DNA of 64,000 nucleotides from an uncultured delta proteobacterium (GTDB lineage Bacteria > Myxococcota_A > Polyangia > Polyangiales > Polyangiaceae). Positions 52,446-63,269 of the stretch are shown here, piece after piece. The notes under the pieces were generated by a model. It had not been told where the DNA came from. It made no database searches and was given only the letters and a program-made list of their open reading frames with translations. Where the stretch lies: the NCBI GenBank assembly GCA_963716725.1, contig CAVQUB010000015.1, forward strand, positions 160,001-224,000, read 5' to 3'. A program made the position numbers and the translations under genes. Each line of letters begins with the position of its first letter. Positions within the stretch are counted from its first letter, which is position 1.

Positions 52446-53525
52446 TCAGCCCCGGAGCGCCGCCACCGTCCTGAGGAAGCTCTTGCCCAAGATCTTCTGC
52501 ACGGTGTCGGCGCTCATGTCGTGATCGAGCATCAGCTGCACCAACTTCGGCAGCTCGAGGCAGGTCGGCAGGTCGCGAGGCGGCCAAATGGCCCCGTCCC
52601 AGTCGCTGCCGAGAGCAGCGTGGTCGTCGCCCACGGTCTTCACGATGTGCGACAGATGACGCACGATGCTGGCGGCCCTGCCGTTCCACAGGGAATCGCC
52701 GAGGAAGCTCGACTGGTACATGACGCCGATGGTTCCGCCGGTGTCGGCCACGGCGCGCAGCTGATCGTCGTCGAGGTTGCGCCAGTGGTCGAAGGCGCCG
52801 CACACGCCCGTGTGGGTGACCATCAAAGGTTGGGACTTGTCGTGAACCTCGACGGCGTCCCAGAAGCCCCGGCGGCTGACGTGGGCCAGATCCACGAATA
52901 TCTTCCGGGAGTTGAGCGCCCGCACGAAGTCGCGACCGCGAGCCGTCAGCCCAGTGTCGCGCCGACCCGCCAGCGGGGAGCTCGTCGCGCCGAGACTCGA
53001 CGACGAGAGGTGAACGACCGTCACGCGTAGGACCAAGCCCGAGGGGATGCGGTCGAGCGCGTCGGGGGAGAAGTCGAGGGCGTTGCCGCCCTGGATGCCG
53101 ATGAAGGCCGCGTGCCGACCGCTAGCTCTTGCCGCGCGGTACTCGGCGACGTTGGTCACCACCGCAAACTGCTCGGGCACCTTCGCGAAGATCGAGCGGA
53201 GCTCGGCCAAGTTCTGCTCGAAGGTGTCGGCGCGGGACTTGGCGCTGCGCGCGGGGTTGGTGGTGATGACCCAGGTCGCACCGCTGATCTGGGCCTCCAG
53301 GATCCTCGGGAAGTCGACCTGGCTGTAGGCGCGCGCGCCGAACAGGCCGTGGCCGTGCCGTCGAGTCAAATCGTAGCCGGCGACTCGATGCCAGATGAAC
53401 GAGTCGACGTGCAGGTCGATCACGTCGCTCGCGAGGTAGAGCTCGACTGCCTCCCGGGAGATGCCCAGGCGACGAGCCCACGCAGAGGGGTCATGACGAT
53501 GATCTTCGAACTCGAGTCGAGGCAT
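52446..53525 (-). CDS. Membrane dipeptidase (peptidase M19) family
   Basis: IDLHVD, GLTARG..VDLAH, THTG..RNLDD and LGSDWDG. Confidence 0.88.
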   Translation of the reverse strand: MPRLEFEDHRHDPSAWARRLGISREAVELYLASDVIDLHVDSFIWHRVAGYDLTRRHGHGLFGARAYSQVDFPRILEAQISGATWVITTNPARSAKSRADTFEQNLAELRSIFAKVPEQFAVVTNVAEYRAARASGRHAAFIGIQGGNALDFSPDALDRIPSGLVLRVTVVHLSSSSLGATSSPLAGRRDTGLTARGRDFVRALNSRKIFVDLAHVSRRGFWDAVEVHDKSQPLMVTHTGVCGAFDHWRNLDDDQLRAVADTGGTIGVMYQSSFLGDSLWNGRAASIVRHLSHIVKTVGDDHAALGSDWDGAIWPPRDLPTCLELPKLVQLMLDHDMSADTVQKILGKSFLRTVAALRG

Positions 53526-53555
53526 GCCTCGACATAGCGCGCCCGGCGCGCCGGC

Positions 53556-53863
<308 letters not shown>

Positions 53864-53867
<4 letters not shown>

Positions 53868-54955
53868 GCAACACCTCCCAAACTCGACGGCTCCCGGATC
53901 GGGGCGTCATGGACCGCAGTTTCGAGCAGCTTGTTCACGACATGGTCGTAGTCGCACGCGGCGCTCGAGCCCGGTGCGTACTCGAAGAGCGTCTTGCCCT
54001 CGGCCGGGGCTTCTTTGACCTTGCTGGCCATGCGCACGGGCGGCAGACAGCGCGCTCCGAAGTGCTCGCGCAGCGTCGCGAGGGCCTCGTGGCAGATGCG
54101 TGCGCGCGCGTCGAAGAGGGTCGGTAGCACGCCCCACAGCTCGACCGAATGACCCAAGAGCTTGTTGACCTGGCGCAGCGTTCGCAGCACCTGGCGCACG
54201 CCGATCAGCGATAGGTAGTCGCAGGCCACCGGGCAGAGGACCGAGTCGGCAAAGGCCAGCGCGTTCTGGTTCATCAACGACAAGCTCGGCGAGCAGTCCA
54301 CGATGATGAAGTCGTAGCGCTGGCGCGCGGGCGCCAGGCGCTCGGCCAGCACGCGGTCGCGCTGGCGTCGACCCGTCAGGTAGAGTTCGGCGGCGGCGAG
54401 GGTCTCGTTGGCCGGCAGCACGTCGAGACCGGGCCGGGCCTGCACCACGGCTTCTTCGATGGGCAGACCCATCACCAGCACGTGGTAGAGGGAGCGTTCG
54501 TAGCTGAGCGCCAGGGAGGCGCCCACGTTGCCCTGCCCGTCGGTGTCCGCCAGCAGCACTCGAGCGCCACGCGCTGCGAGCCCGGCGGCCACGCTCACCG
54601 CCGTGGTGGTCTTTCCGGTGCCGCCTTTGTGATTGAAGACGGCGAGGACCCGCGCCGCGCCCTGGGTCGTCGGCGCTGGGAGCGGGCGCCTGGCGCTCTT
54701 GCCGAGGCTGGCCCGGCACAGGTCGCTGCAGGCGTAGCGCCGCTCGGGCCCCTGGTAGAGCAACTGTGCTGCGAGCTCGAGGACGAACTCCCGGGAGCAA
54801 GCGTCGCAGCGGACCGACCCGCTGGCGCTCTTTCCCAGGCACGCCTGCGAGCAGAAGAAGACCAAGCGATCCGCGCCTTCGACGCTTCGGACCTCGGTCT
54901 GGTACCGAAACTGAATCTCGAAGTCGGCGTGGCAGATGTTGCAGGAGCGCTTCAT
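53864..54955 (-). CDS. ParA/Soj-family ATPase with two N-terminal TRASH/MYM-like zinc fingers
   Basis: CNIC..FCSQAC and CDAC..ACSDLC; deviant Walker A KGGTGKTT; DTDGQGN; DFIIVDCSPSL; EAPAEGK. Confidence 0.9.
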
Positions 54956-55107
54956 GGTCGAGGGCGCTTCGTGTTTATCGAAGCGTCGCTCGACGGGATG
55001 TCATGCTCCCGGGGATTCGGCCAAGTTTTCGGGGGGTCCGGGCCAGTGGGCGGAGCCGCCTGCGCAGGCCTTGACGAGCGGCGCTGACGAGAATTGAGTC
55101 TCCGCCC

Positions 55108-57093
55108 ATGCGAACCCGCTTCTCTAGCCTCCTCTTCGTCTCCATCGCCGCCTGCGGTGGCCCGGGCGCCGTCGGCAACGCGGCACGCCCCGAAGCCCCG
55201 ACGGGCTCGGAGGCCTTCGAGGAGAAACCCGCGGCCGGCTGCGAGGGTGTCGGAAAATATGCCGAACCGTTGATCGTGGACTGGAAGAGCCAGGAGCGCA
55301 CCGATCTGGAGCTGGCGATGAAGAAGGGCGTCGCGGTCGTTTCCTACGACTGCAAGACGATCCGCATGTTGAAGGATTGCAGCCTGAACGGCTCGTACGA
55401 GTACGCCGGCGTCAGTTTGAAGGAAGACATGGTTCAGCTGGAGAACGCCGACGAGGTCCGCGCGAACCTGCCGCTGAGCGGAATCAAGCTGGGCGGAGAG
55501 CTTGAACGCGGCAGCTCGATCGACGTCGCGTTGGTGATGGTGGGAAAGCGCGGCTCGACAGCCGGAGCAGTCTCCAAGGACACGCTCAAGGGTACCTGTG
55601 AGGGCGCGACGCACGTGGTCCGCGCGGCGTACGTCGGTGCATTCGCGATGGCGCGGGGCTCGCGAGGCAAGGTGCGAGCGGTGGCCGAGGTGTTCGGCGC
55701 GGGCGGAGAAGCCAAGAGCGAGAGTCAAAAGCACACCTCCAACAAGGACGGAGACGTGACGGCGTGCAAGAGCTCGAGCCCCGACTCGCCGAAGCCTCCG
55801 GATCAGTGTCAGTCCGCGCTCCGCCTGGAGCTGACGCCCATCTCGAATCAGCCAGTTGCGGCAGAAAAACAGGAGAAAACGAGCCCGGCTGATCTCGGAG
55901 CCAACACCTGCGGTCCCGGTGAGGTGCGAGCGCACGGCAAGTGCACGACCGACCAGGACCAGGCGCATCGTTGCAACCCAAAGGACGAAGCGGAGTGTCG
56001 CGCTCAGTGTGACAAGGGCGACGGCTACAGCTGCCAGGCTCTCGGATACTTGCAAAAGAAGACGAGTTCACCGGAGGCCCGGGCCGCCTTCGACAAGTCC
56101 TGTGACAAGGGATACGGCTACGGTTGCATGGCGGCAGCCGAGTCTCGCCTGTCCGCGAACATGCAGAAGAACGACCCGAGGCTGATCGCCGAAGCCGAGA
56201 AGCTCCTCGACAAGGGTTGTCTCGCCGGCGAGGGCTGGGTCTGTTGGAATACCGCCAGCTGGTACATGCGGCCCGAAACACTGAAGCCTCCCTTCGGCCG
56301 CAACATGGACAAGGGCATGCAGCTGCTCGAGCGCGGTTGCGCGCTCGGTTACGCGCCATCGTGCGCGTCCCTGGGCACCGAGCTCGTCGAAGGCAAGAAC
56401 ACCAAGAAGGACGCTACCCGCGGCATCGAGGTCTTGAAGCGGGCTTGCGATGGCGGCGCGTGGGAGAGCTGCGAGCGCATGGGCAACTACTTGCGCGATG
56501 GCAAACACGTGGCCAAGGACGGACTTGCGGCGGAGACCGCCTTCGGCCGGGCCTGCGCCCTCGGAGGCCTACGCGCCTGTCATTCCGGGGCGATGCTGTA
56601 CATGGTGGGCGACGGCGTCCCCAAGGACGTAAAGCAGGGGCGAGCGCTGCTCGAGCGCGGCTGCCCCGACCAGGGCAGCGCCGGATGGGACGCCTGCAGG
56701 TCGCTGGGTGACGCCTACGCGAAGGGCGAGGGCGTGAGCAAAGACCCGCAGCGCGCCGCCGGCTACTACACGCGCGGCTTGGCATTTCAGCTGGCTGGCG
56801 AGATCTACGAGAAAGGCAGCGGTGGAAAGCCGGATTTGGTGAAGGCGCTCGAACAGTACAAGGAGGGCTGCCATCGCACGGGCTCGAGCGAGCTCGGCAA
56901 GAAGGCTTGCGCGTCCGCGGGCCGCCTGCTCGAGAAGCAGGACAAGGCCGAGGCCAAGGCCTTCTACGAAGATCTGTGCAAGCGCATGGGCCTCGGCGAG
57001 AAGCAATACTGCGCCGCCTTCAAGAAGCTCGGAGGCGATCCGGCTGCGGCCCTGAGCGCTCCGAAGCCGTCTGTCTTTCCCAAGACCAAGTGA
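55108..57093 (+). CDS. Lipoprotein with an uncharacterised N-terminal domain and Cys-rich SEL1-like repeats
   Basis: Lipobox IAAC; repeated A..L.RAC.LG...C..LG..Y..G.GV.KD units. Confidence 0.85.
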   Translation: MRTRFSSLLFVSIAACGGPGAVGNAARPEAPTGSEAFEEKPAAGCEGVGKYAEPLIVDWKSQERTDLELAMKKGVAVVSYDCKTIRMLKDCSLNGSYEYAGVSLKEDMVQLENADEVRANLPLSGIKLGGELERGSSIDVALVMVGKRGSTAGAVSKDTLKGTCEGATHVVRAAYVGAFAMARGSRGKVRAVAEVFGAGGEAKSESQKHTSNKDGDVTACKSSSPDSPKPPDQCQSALRLELTPISNQPVAAEKQEKTSPADLGANTCGPGEVRAHGKCTTDQDQAHRCNPKDEAECRAQCDKGDGYSCQALGYLQKKTSSPEARAAFDKSCDKGYGYGCMAAAESRLSANMQKNDPRLIAEAEKLLDKGCLAGEGWVCWNTASWYMRPETLKPPFGRNMDKGMQLLERGCALGYAPSCASLGTELVEGKNTKKDATRGIEVLKRACDGGAWESCERMGNYLRDGKHVAKDGLAAETAFGRACALGGLRACHSGAMLYMVGDGVPKDVKQGRALLERGCPDQGSAGWDACRSLGDAYAKGEGVSKDPQRAAGYYTRGLAFQLAGEIYEKGSGGKPDLVKALEQYKEGCHRTGSSELGKKACASAGRLLEKQDKAEAKAFYEDLCKRMGLGEKQYCAAFKKLGGDPAAALSAPKPSVFPKTK

Positions 57094-57103
57094 CGACCCG
57101 CCT

Positions 57104-58669
57104 TCAGTGGCGGAAGTGCCGGACGGCCGTGAAGACCATGGCGAGGCCCAGGCGATCGGCCGCGGCGATCACCTCGGCGTCCTTCTTGCTGCCGCCCGGC
57201 TGGGCGACGGCGGTGATGCCAGCCTGCGCGGCGGACTCGACGCCGTCGGGGAAGGGAAAGAAGGCATCCGAAGCCAGCACGCTGCCCCGGGCTCGTTCGC
57301 CGGCGGTCTTGCAGGCCACCTCCACGGCCAGCACGCGGGCGGTCTGCCCGCCGCCGATGCCGGCGGTGACGAAGGAGCCCGGTGAGTCCCCGGCGCGCGC
57401 GAGCACGATGGCGTTGCTCTTGACGTGTTTGGCGGCGCACCACGCAAAGTCGAGGGCGGCGAGCTCGGACTCGGAGGGGGCACGTGCCGTGACGACCTTG
57501 CCCGAGCGAACCTCACCGGCGCCGCTGGCGTCGCGCTCTTGCAGCACGTAGCCGCCGCCGATGCGCTTGAGCTGGCGTGCCCGGTGGTCGCGCGGCAGCC
57601 ACTGCCCAGTCGCCAAAAGCCTGAGTGCGCTCTTGGCACGCAGGCGCTCGAGCGCTGCGGGGGAGAAGCTCGGCGCGATGACGCACTCGAGGAAAGTCTC
57701 GGCGAGTAGCTCCGCGGTGGCATCGTCGACTTCGCGGTTGAGGGCCACGATGCCGCCGAAGGCGCTCATGGCATCTGCGTCGCGCGCGCTGCGATAGGCG
57801 CCGGCGAGAGCGGAGGCCACCGCGACGCCGCAGGGGCTGGTGTGCTTGACGACGACGGCGCCGGGCGCATCGAGCTCGCGCACCGCGTCGAGGGCGGCCT
57901 CGGCGTCCACCAGGTTGTTGAAGGACAGCTCCTTGGCTCCGCTGCCCAGGCTCTCGGCCCGGGCCAGGCAGCCGTTCTCGGCGCCGCGCTCGCGATAAAA
58001 TGCTGCGGCTTGGTGAGGGTTTTCGCCGTAGCGCAGACCGTAGCCCTTCTCGAGCGGCAGCGTGAGGCTGCGCGGCCAGCCGTCCGCTTCACCTCGAGCG
58101 CTCAGCCAACCGCCGATGGCGCCGTCGTAGGCCGCGGTGTGGGCAAAGACCTTGGCTGCGAGCCGGCGCCGGGTCTCGAGCGTGGTGTCGTCGCTCTCGG
58201 CGAACTCGGCAAGCACGCTGGGGTAGTCGGCGGGATCGCAGACCACGGTCACCCGCGAGTGGTTCTTCGCCGCCGAGCGCAGCATGCTGGGTCCACCAAT
58301 GTCGATGTTCTCGATCAGCTCGTCGAACTCCGCGCCGGGCTTGGCGAGGGTTTGCTCGAAGGGGTAGAGGTTGACGACCACCAGATCGATGAGCCGCGCG
58401 CCGATGCGCTCGAGATCCGAGTCGTCCGTGCCTTCACGCGCCAAGAGCGCGCCGTGCACCTTGGGATGGAGCGTCTTGACCCGACCGTCCATCACTTCGG
58501 GCGAGCCGGTGTAGCTCTCGACCGTCTCGACGGGAATGCCCGCGGCCGCGAGCGCCTTGAAGGTTCCGCCAGTGGAGAGCAGCGCCACGTCGCGCTTGGC
58601 GAGCTCGCGTGCGAACTCCACCAGTCCAGACTTGTCGGAGACCGAGAGCAGGGCACGTCGGATGGGCAT
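57104..58669 (-). CDS. purH: Bifunctional AICAR transformylase / IMP cyclohydrolase
   Basis: RALLSVSDKSG, GRVKTLHP, IDIGGPSM, LRYGENPHQ, KHVKSNAI and ASDAFFPF. Confidence 0.97.
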   Translation of the reverse strand: MPIRRALLSVSDKSGLVEFARELAKRDVALLSTGGTFKALAAAGIPVETVESYTGSPEVMDGRVKTLHPKVHGALLAREGTDDSDLERIGARLIDLVVVNLYPFEQTLAKPGAEFDELIENIDIGGPSMLRSAAKNHSRVTVVCDPADYPSVLAEFAESDDTTLETRRRLAAKVFAHTAAYDGAIGGWLSARGEADGWPRSLTLPLEKGYGLRYGENPHQAAAFYRERGAENGCLARAESLGSGAKELSFNNLVDAEAALDAVRELDAPGAVVVKHTSPCGVAVASALAGAYRSARDADAMSAFGGIVALNREVDDATAELLAETFLECVIAPSFSPAALERLRAKSALRLLATGQWLPRDHRARQLKRIGGGYVLQERDASGAGEVRSGKVVTARAPSESELAALDFAWCAAKHVKSNAIVLARAGDSPGSFVTAGIGGGQTARVLAVEVACKTAGERARGSVLASDAFFPFPDGVESAAQAGITAVAQPGGSKKDAEVIAAADRLGLAMVFTAVRHFRH

Positions 58670-58724
58670 GGCGGGTCGCTATCGCGGGGGACGGTGCGGC
58701 GTCAATCATGTATGCTCCGCCGCC

Positions 58725-59105
58725 ATGTTGCGCTTCTGGATTGGCTTTTCTTCAGCAGTTCTCTGGGCCTCGGGCCTGCTGGCCTGTTCTTCGGAGGACG
58801 CGCCCGCCGACGGCGACCAGCCCTACGCGCCGGCGGGCAACGGAGTGCCCATCAGCGAGGCAGATGCCTGCAAGGCCATCACCACTGCGGAAGACGACCG
58901 CCGCGACCTGCTGTCGTGCGGGCCGGTGACCCGTGCGCCGTGCCCGACGTACATCCAGAAGGCCAACCCGGCCTGCTCCCAGTACGACCAAGGCACCGTG
59001 CAGGCCTGCGCCGCGTTCGCGAGTCAGCAGGCGAGCTGCGATGCGCTGACCAAGAAGAAGTGCATCCTGAAGATCATCGAAGGATCGGCGCCAAACGGCT
59101 GTTGA
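58725..59105 (+). CDS. Small Cys-rich lipoprotein
   Basis: Lipobox LLAC and 8 further cysteines; TATGCT 8 nt upstream of the ATG. Confidence 0.7.
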   Translation: MLRFWIGFSSAVLWASGLLACSSEDAPADGDQPYAPAGNGVPISEADACKAITTAEDDRRDLLSCGPVTRAPCPTYIQKANPACSQYDQGTVQACAAFASQQASCDALTKKKCILKIIEGSAPNGC

Positions 59106-60121
59106 CCCGCTCGTCCCAAAAAGCCTGAAGGTCCGACGCGAGCGCCGACTCGAGCTCGAGCCGCTCGCCCGTCACGGCGTGAATCATGCGGTAGCGGTGG
59201 GCGTGCAGCGCGTGACGCGGTAACTCGAGACGTGCGAGGTCGTCCTCGCTGAGCTCACCGTCGGCGGCCCGGGCCAGCATGCGTTCGTCCGGTCCGTACA
59301 GCTTGTCGCCGACGATGGGCGTGCCCGTGACGGCCAGATGTACCCGGATTCTGGTGTTGCCGCCCGGTATGAAGGCGACAGCGCGAGAGCGCGTAACCGC
59401 CCCGGGACTCGAGCACCAGCACCTCCGTGCGCGCGTCGAGCCCAGCGCCAGTGGCGACGCGCATCTTCACTCGGAGCGGGTTGTCCAGGTCGGGCTCGAG
59501 GGGCAGCACGACGAAGCCAGATTGGGGTGTGCCCCAGGTGATGGCCAGGTAGTCCTTCTCCAGCTCGAGGGCGCCGTCACGCTGTCTGGCACCGGTGGTG
59601 CGGTCCTCCAGCTTGCGCTTGAAGCGGCGGTCGGCTTCGGCCGTCTTCGCCAGCAAGAGCAGGCCGCTCGTCTCGCGGTCGATGCGATGGATCAACGACA
59701 GAAACTGGCCTGGCCGGCTCTTGCCCAGGAGCTTCACGACGGTGGCGTGGTGGTGACGCGCCGTGGGGTGCACCGCCATCAAAGGGGGTTTGTCCACGAC
59801 CAGCAGGTGTTCGTCTTCGAAGACGATGGCGATTTCGCGAGCCGTGTCCTGCTCTTCGAAGGGCAAGCGCCAGAGCACGACGCGGTCCTCTGCGCGGACG
59901 CGATCGTTGTGGCGGAGCTTCTTGCCAGCGGCCGAGTAGGCGGTGTTGTCGATGATGGATCGCGCGCGTGTGCGGCTGGTATTGCGGAGCTGTGTCGGCA
60001 AGAACACGTCGAGGCGCATGCCCTCGGACTCGGGCGGAACGCGGATCACGCGCAAGATGGCGTCGGCCGGGATGCCCGGCGGACGCACCAGCCCGAGCGG
60101 TGCGTCGTCGCCCTCGCTCAC
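59074..60121 (-). CDS. RluA/RluD-family pseudouridine synthase, frameshift near 59350
   Basis: RLDVFL (S4-like), VDKP, HRIDRETSG and TGRQHQ. An extra A breaks HQIRVHL; the sequence resumes with PIVGDKLYG..HALHA. Confidence 0.9.
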
Positions 60122-60128
60122 GGCCGAT

Positions 60129-61016
60129 TCAACTCCCGCGCCTGATCTCGGTGCCGACGCCGTGGTCGGTGAAGATCTCGAGTAATAGCGCGTGGCTGCG
60201 ACGGCCGTCGATGATGTGGACTTTCTCCACGCCTTCGGCGACCGCGTCCAGCGCGCAGCGCACTTTGGGGATCATGCCGCTGTTGATCACGCCGCTGCCG
60301 ATCAGTCCTTCCGCGGCTTCGGCGCCAAGGGACGAGAGCAGAGTCCCGGAAGCGTCCTTCACCCCGTCCACGTCGGTCATCAGCATGAGCTTCGCTGCTT
60401 GCAGGGCGCCGGCGATGCGGCCGGCGGCCGTATCGGCGTTGACATTGAGCGCGCGACCCTCAGCATCCACGGCAATCGGGGCGATGACCGGCAAAAACCC
60501 GCTGTCTAGCAGCCGGTCGACGATGCGCGGGTCCACGGTCTCGAGGTCCCCGACCCGACCGAGGTCGACCAGCAGGTCGGCGCCGCTCGAATCCTTCGCT
60601 GGCACTTCGGCCAAGCGCTCGGCGCGCATGAAGTGGTCATCCTTGCCCGAGAGCCCCACGGCCCGGCCGCCGTGTTGGCAGATCAGGCCCACGATGTCTT
60701 GGTTGACGGCGCCCCCGAGCACCATCTCGACGACCTCCATGGTGGCGTCGTCGGTGACGCGCAGGCCGGCCTGAAAGGACGAGCTGATGCCCATCTTCTG
60801 GAGCATTTGGTCGATTTGGGGGCCGCCGCCGTGCACGACCACCACGCGGATGCCGACGTAGCGCAGGAGGCAGACGTCTCGAGCGAAGCTCTCCTTGAGC
60901 TGCGCGTCGACCATGGCGTGTCCGCCGTATTTGACGACGAAGGTGCGCCCCTGGAAGCGCCGGATGTACGGGAGCGCCTCGTGGAGGATTTTGGCCTTCT
61001 CGACCAGGGCTTCCAT
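60129..61016 (-). CDS. argB: Acetylglutamate kinase
   Basis: EALPYI, VVKYGGHAM, VHGGGPQI, GLRVTD, NVNAD and GMIPKV. Confidence 0.96.
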   Translation of the reverse strand: MEALVEKAKILHEALPYIRRFQGRTFVVKYGGHAMVDAQLKESFARDVCLLRYVGIRVVVVHGGGPQIDQMLQKMGISSSFQAGLRVTDDATMEVVEMVLGGAVNQDIVGLICQHGGRAVGLSGKDDHFMRAERLAEVPAKDSSGADLLVDLGRVGDLETVDPRIVDRLLDSGFLPVIAPIAVDAEGRALNVNADTAAGRIAGALQAAKLMLMTDVDGVKDASGTLLSSLGAEAAEGLIGSGVINSGMIPKVRCALDAVAEGVEKVHIIDGRRSHALLLEIFTDHGVGTEIRRGS

Positions 61017-61094
61017 TTTCGGCGGGAGGGTACGGGCGGGGTGGCAGCTGCGCAAGTGCACATCCCCCGGCACCCGTGTTAGACCGCCGGCACC

Positions 61095-62441
61095 ATGGAA
61101 ATCCTGATGGTCGCCCTCGAGCTCAGCCCGTTCGCCCGCGAGACGGACGCCGGCGACGCGGTGGCATCACTGTCCAAGGCGCTGCGACAGCTCGGGCACA
61201 ACGTCACGGTCGCCATCCCGCGCCAGCCCGGGTTCGACGAGTCGGGGCTCTTGATGGCTCGCCGCCTGACGCCGCTCCCGCTACCCGATGGCGGTGAGGT
61301 CCCGGTGCTCGACGCGCAGCTACCCTCCGGCGTCCAGGTCACTCTCTTCGACGCGCCGGTGCTCTTCGACCGCCCGTCGCCCTATTCGACGGACGGCGTC
61401 GAGCACCCGGACAATGCCCAGCGCTTCGCGCTCCTGTCGCAGGCGGCCGCGGCGCTGGTCCGGCAGCGGGCAGCGCAGGGCACGGCTTTCGACATCGTCC
61501 ACCTGCACGACGCGCCGGCGGCGCTCTTCCCGGCGGCGCTCGCGCGGATCCCGGGGCCCAGCGTGCCGACGGTGCTCACCATTCACGACGCCGACCGACC
61601 GGGGAGGGGCGACGACGAGCTCGAAGCATTGCGCACGGGCATCACGCAGGTGGACGTCGTCACCACCGTATCGCCGACCTACGCCGCGGCGCTCACGACG
61701 GCGCTCTGCGTCTCTCCGGACAAGCCCATCGTGGGCATCAGCAACGGCGTCGACCACGCGGTGCACAACCCGGCGACCGACTCGGCCTTGGCCAGCCGCT
61801 ACAATGCGGAAGACGCTTCGCACAAGGGCGTGTGCAAGAGCGCAGTCCTGCGCGAGCTGGAGCTGCCCATCGACATCGATCGGCCCTTGCTCCTGATCGA
61901 TGGCCCGCTCACCCCGACCTCTGGGCTCGATCTGGTGCTCGCGGCCATGTCGGGCCTGCTCAAGACCGGGACGGCGGTGGTCGTGGCATCCGAGCTGCCC
62001 GCGGCGGCAGCCAAGAAGCTCAAGGCCTTGCGAACCAGGCGCCGCGACGACTTTGCCTGGGTGGAGCGGACCACGGTGCAGATCCGCCACCGGCTCTACG
62101 CAGCGGCGGATCTGGCGCTGATCGCGCCGCGTCACGCGCCCTGCGGCAACCAGCAGCTGATCGCCCAGCGTTACGGGGCGCTGCCCATCGCCCGCGCCGT
62201 CGGTGGCATCAACGACACGGTGGTCGACTGCGACGCATCGCTGGAGACCGGCACGGGATTCCTGTTCGACGACGAGAGCGAGGAGGCGCTGCTCGGCGCA
62301 GTTGGCCGCGCGCTCACTGCGTTTGGAAGCGCTTCACTGCCGCGGCTCCGGCGCCGCATCATGCGCCTCGATCTGGGCTGGGACAGGCCCGCTCGCCGCT
62401 ACCTCCAGGTCTACCGCCAAGCGCTCGGCGCTGGGCGCTGA
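61095..62441 (+). CDS. Glycogen/starch synthase (GT5)-like protein, degenerate
   Basis: ILMVALELSPF, DNAQRF, HLHD, TIHD, TTVSPTYA, GISNGVD, AQRYG..GGINDTV and W...A.RY...Y. Confidence 0.8.
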   Translation: MEILMVALELSPFARETDAGDAVASLSKALRQLGHNVTVAIPRQPGFDESGLLMARRLTPLPLPDGGEVPVLDAQLPSGVQVTLFDAPVLFDRPSPYSTDGVEHPDNAQRFALLSQAAAALVRQRAAQGTAFDIVHLHDAPAALFPAALARIPGPSVPTVLTIHDADRPGRGDDELEALRTGITQVDVVTTVSPTYAAALTTALCVSPDKPIVGISNGVDHAVHNPATDSALASRYNAEDASHKGVCKSAVLRELELPIDIDRPLLLIDGPLTPTSGLDLVLAAMSGLLKTGTAVVVASELPAAAAKKLKALRTRRRDDFAWVERTTVQIRHRLYAAADLALIAPRHAPCGNQQLIAQRYGALPIARAVGGINDTVVDCDASLETGTGFLFDDESEEALLGAVGRALTAFGSASLPRLRRRIMRLDLGWDRPARRYLQVYRQALGAGR

Positions 62442-63269
62442 GCCGACGTCGACCACGACTGCCAGCCAGAGCGCGCGCAGCACGACCAGGCACAGCACCA
62501 CGAGCTGATGCACGACCGTCACGCCGATCAGGCGTGATACTCCGGGCTGGCTCACGTCCAGGAGACCGACCAGTGGAGCCGCGAGCAGCGGGAGCGTGAT
62601 GGAGCACGCGGCGATCAGGAGCCACGGGCCCGCGAGCGCCAGCGGGCGGGAGCGGGCGATTTGCACCGCCCGGCGCAGCGCCACGGCCAGCGGCGCGTTT
62701 TTCATCATTTCGCCGCGCACGAGATCCTCGTAGACGCCCAGGGCGCACACCGGCAAGAGCACCACCAGCCCCAGCGTCACCCCAGCAAGATCGGCGCGAG
62801 GTTCAGACCACGACGAGCCGAAGTGGCGGGCGAGTCGGGTGAGCGCGATGGCGCCGGCACCCAGGAGCACGCCTTGGCAGAACAGGCGGGCACCGAAGGT
62901 CAGGAGGAAGCGCGGAAAGAGCTCCACTCCGCGCCGAATCCATTGGGCGGGGCCGGTCGGCTCCTTTTCCGCGAGGGCTGCAAAGAGGGCGGCGGCCGGG
63001 ATCAAGGACAGCGCCCCCAGGACGGTACCGATCAGGAGCGCGCCTTTGATTTCGGAGGCGAGCACGGTCGACGAGAGCCGCAAGGACTCGATCAGTTCGA
63101 GCCCGCCGGCCTCGAAGAGGATCGCATCGCCACGGGGGTGGTTGCGGGCGACGACGCTGCTGAGCGCCCGCGCGATGGGGCTCACCACGATCCAGGCCAC
63201 GAGCAACCGGAGCAGGTACACCAGCGCGATGGCGCGGGCCGCACGGCGGGTGGTCCGAAATGCGCTCAT
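62334..63269 (-). CDS. Hypothetical multi-pass membrane protein
   Basis: About 6 hydrophobic helices; ATGA overlap with the upstream peptidase. The 3' end overlaps the convergent GT5 gene. Confidence 0.65.
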   Translation of the reverse strand: MSAFRTTRRAARAIALVYLLRLLVAWIVVSPIARALSSVVARNHPRGDAILFEAGGLELIESLRLSSTVLASEIKGALLIGTVLGALSLIPAAALFAALAEKEPTGPAQWIRRGVELFPRFLLTFGARLFCQGVLLGAGAIALTRLARHFGSSWSEPRADLAGVTLGLVVLLPVCALGVYEDLVRGEMMKNAPLAVALRRAVQIARSRPLALAGPWLLIAACSITLPLLAAPLVGLLDVSQPGVSRLIGVTVVHQLVVLCLVVLRALWLAVVVDVGSAPSAERLAVDLEVAASGPVPAQIEAHDAAPEPRQ

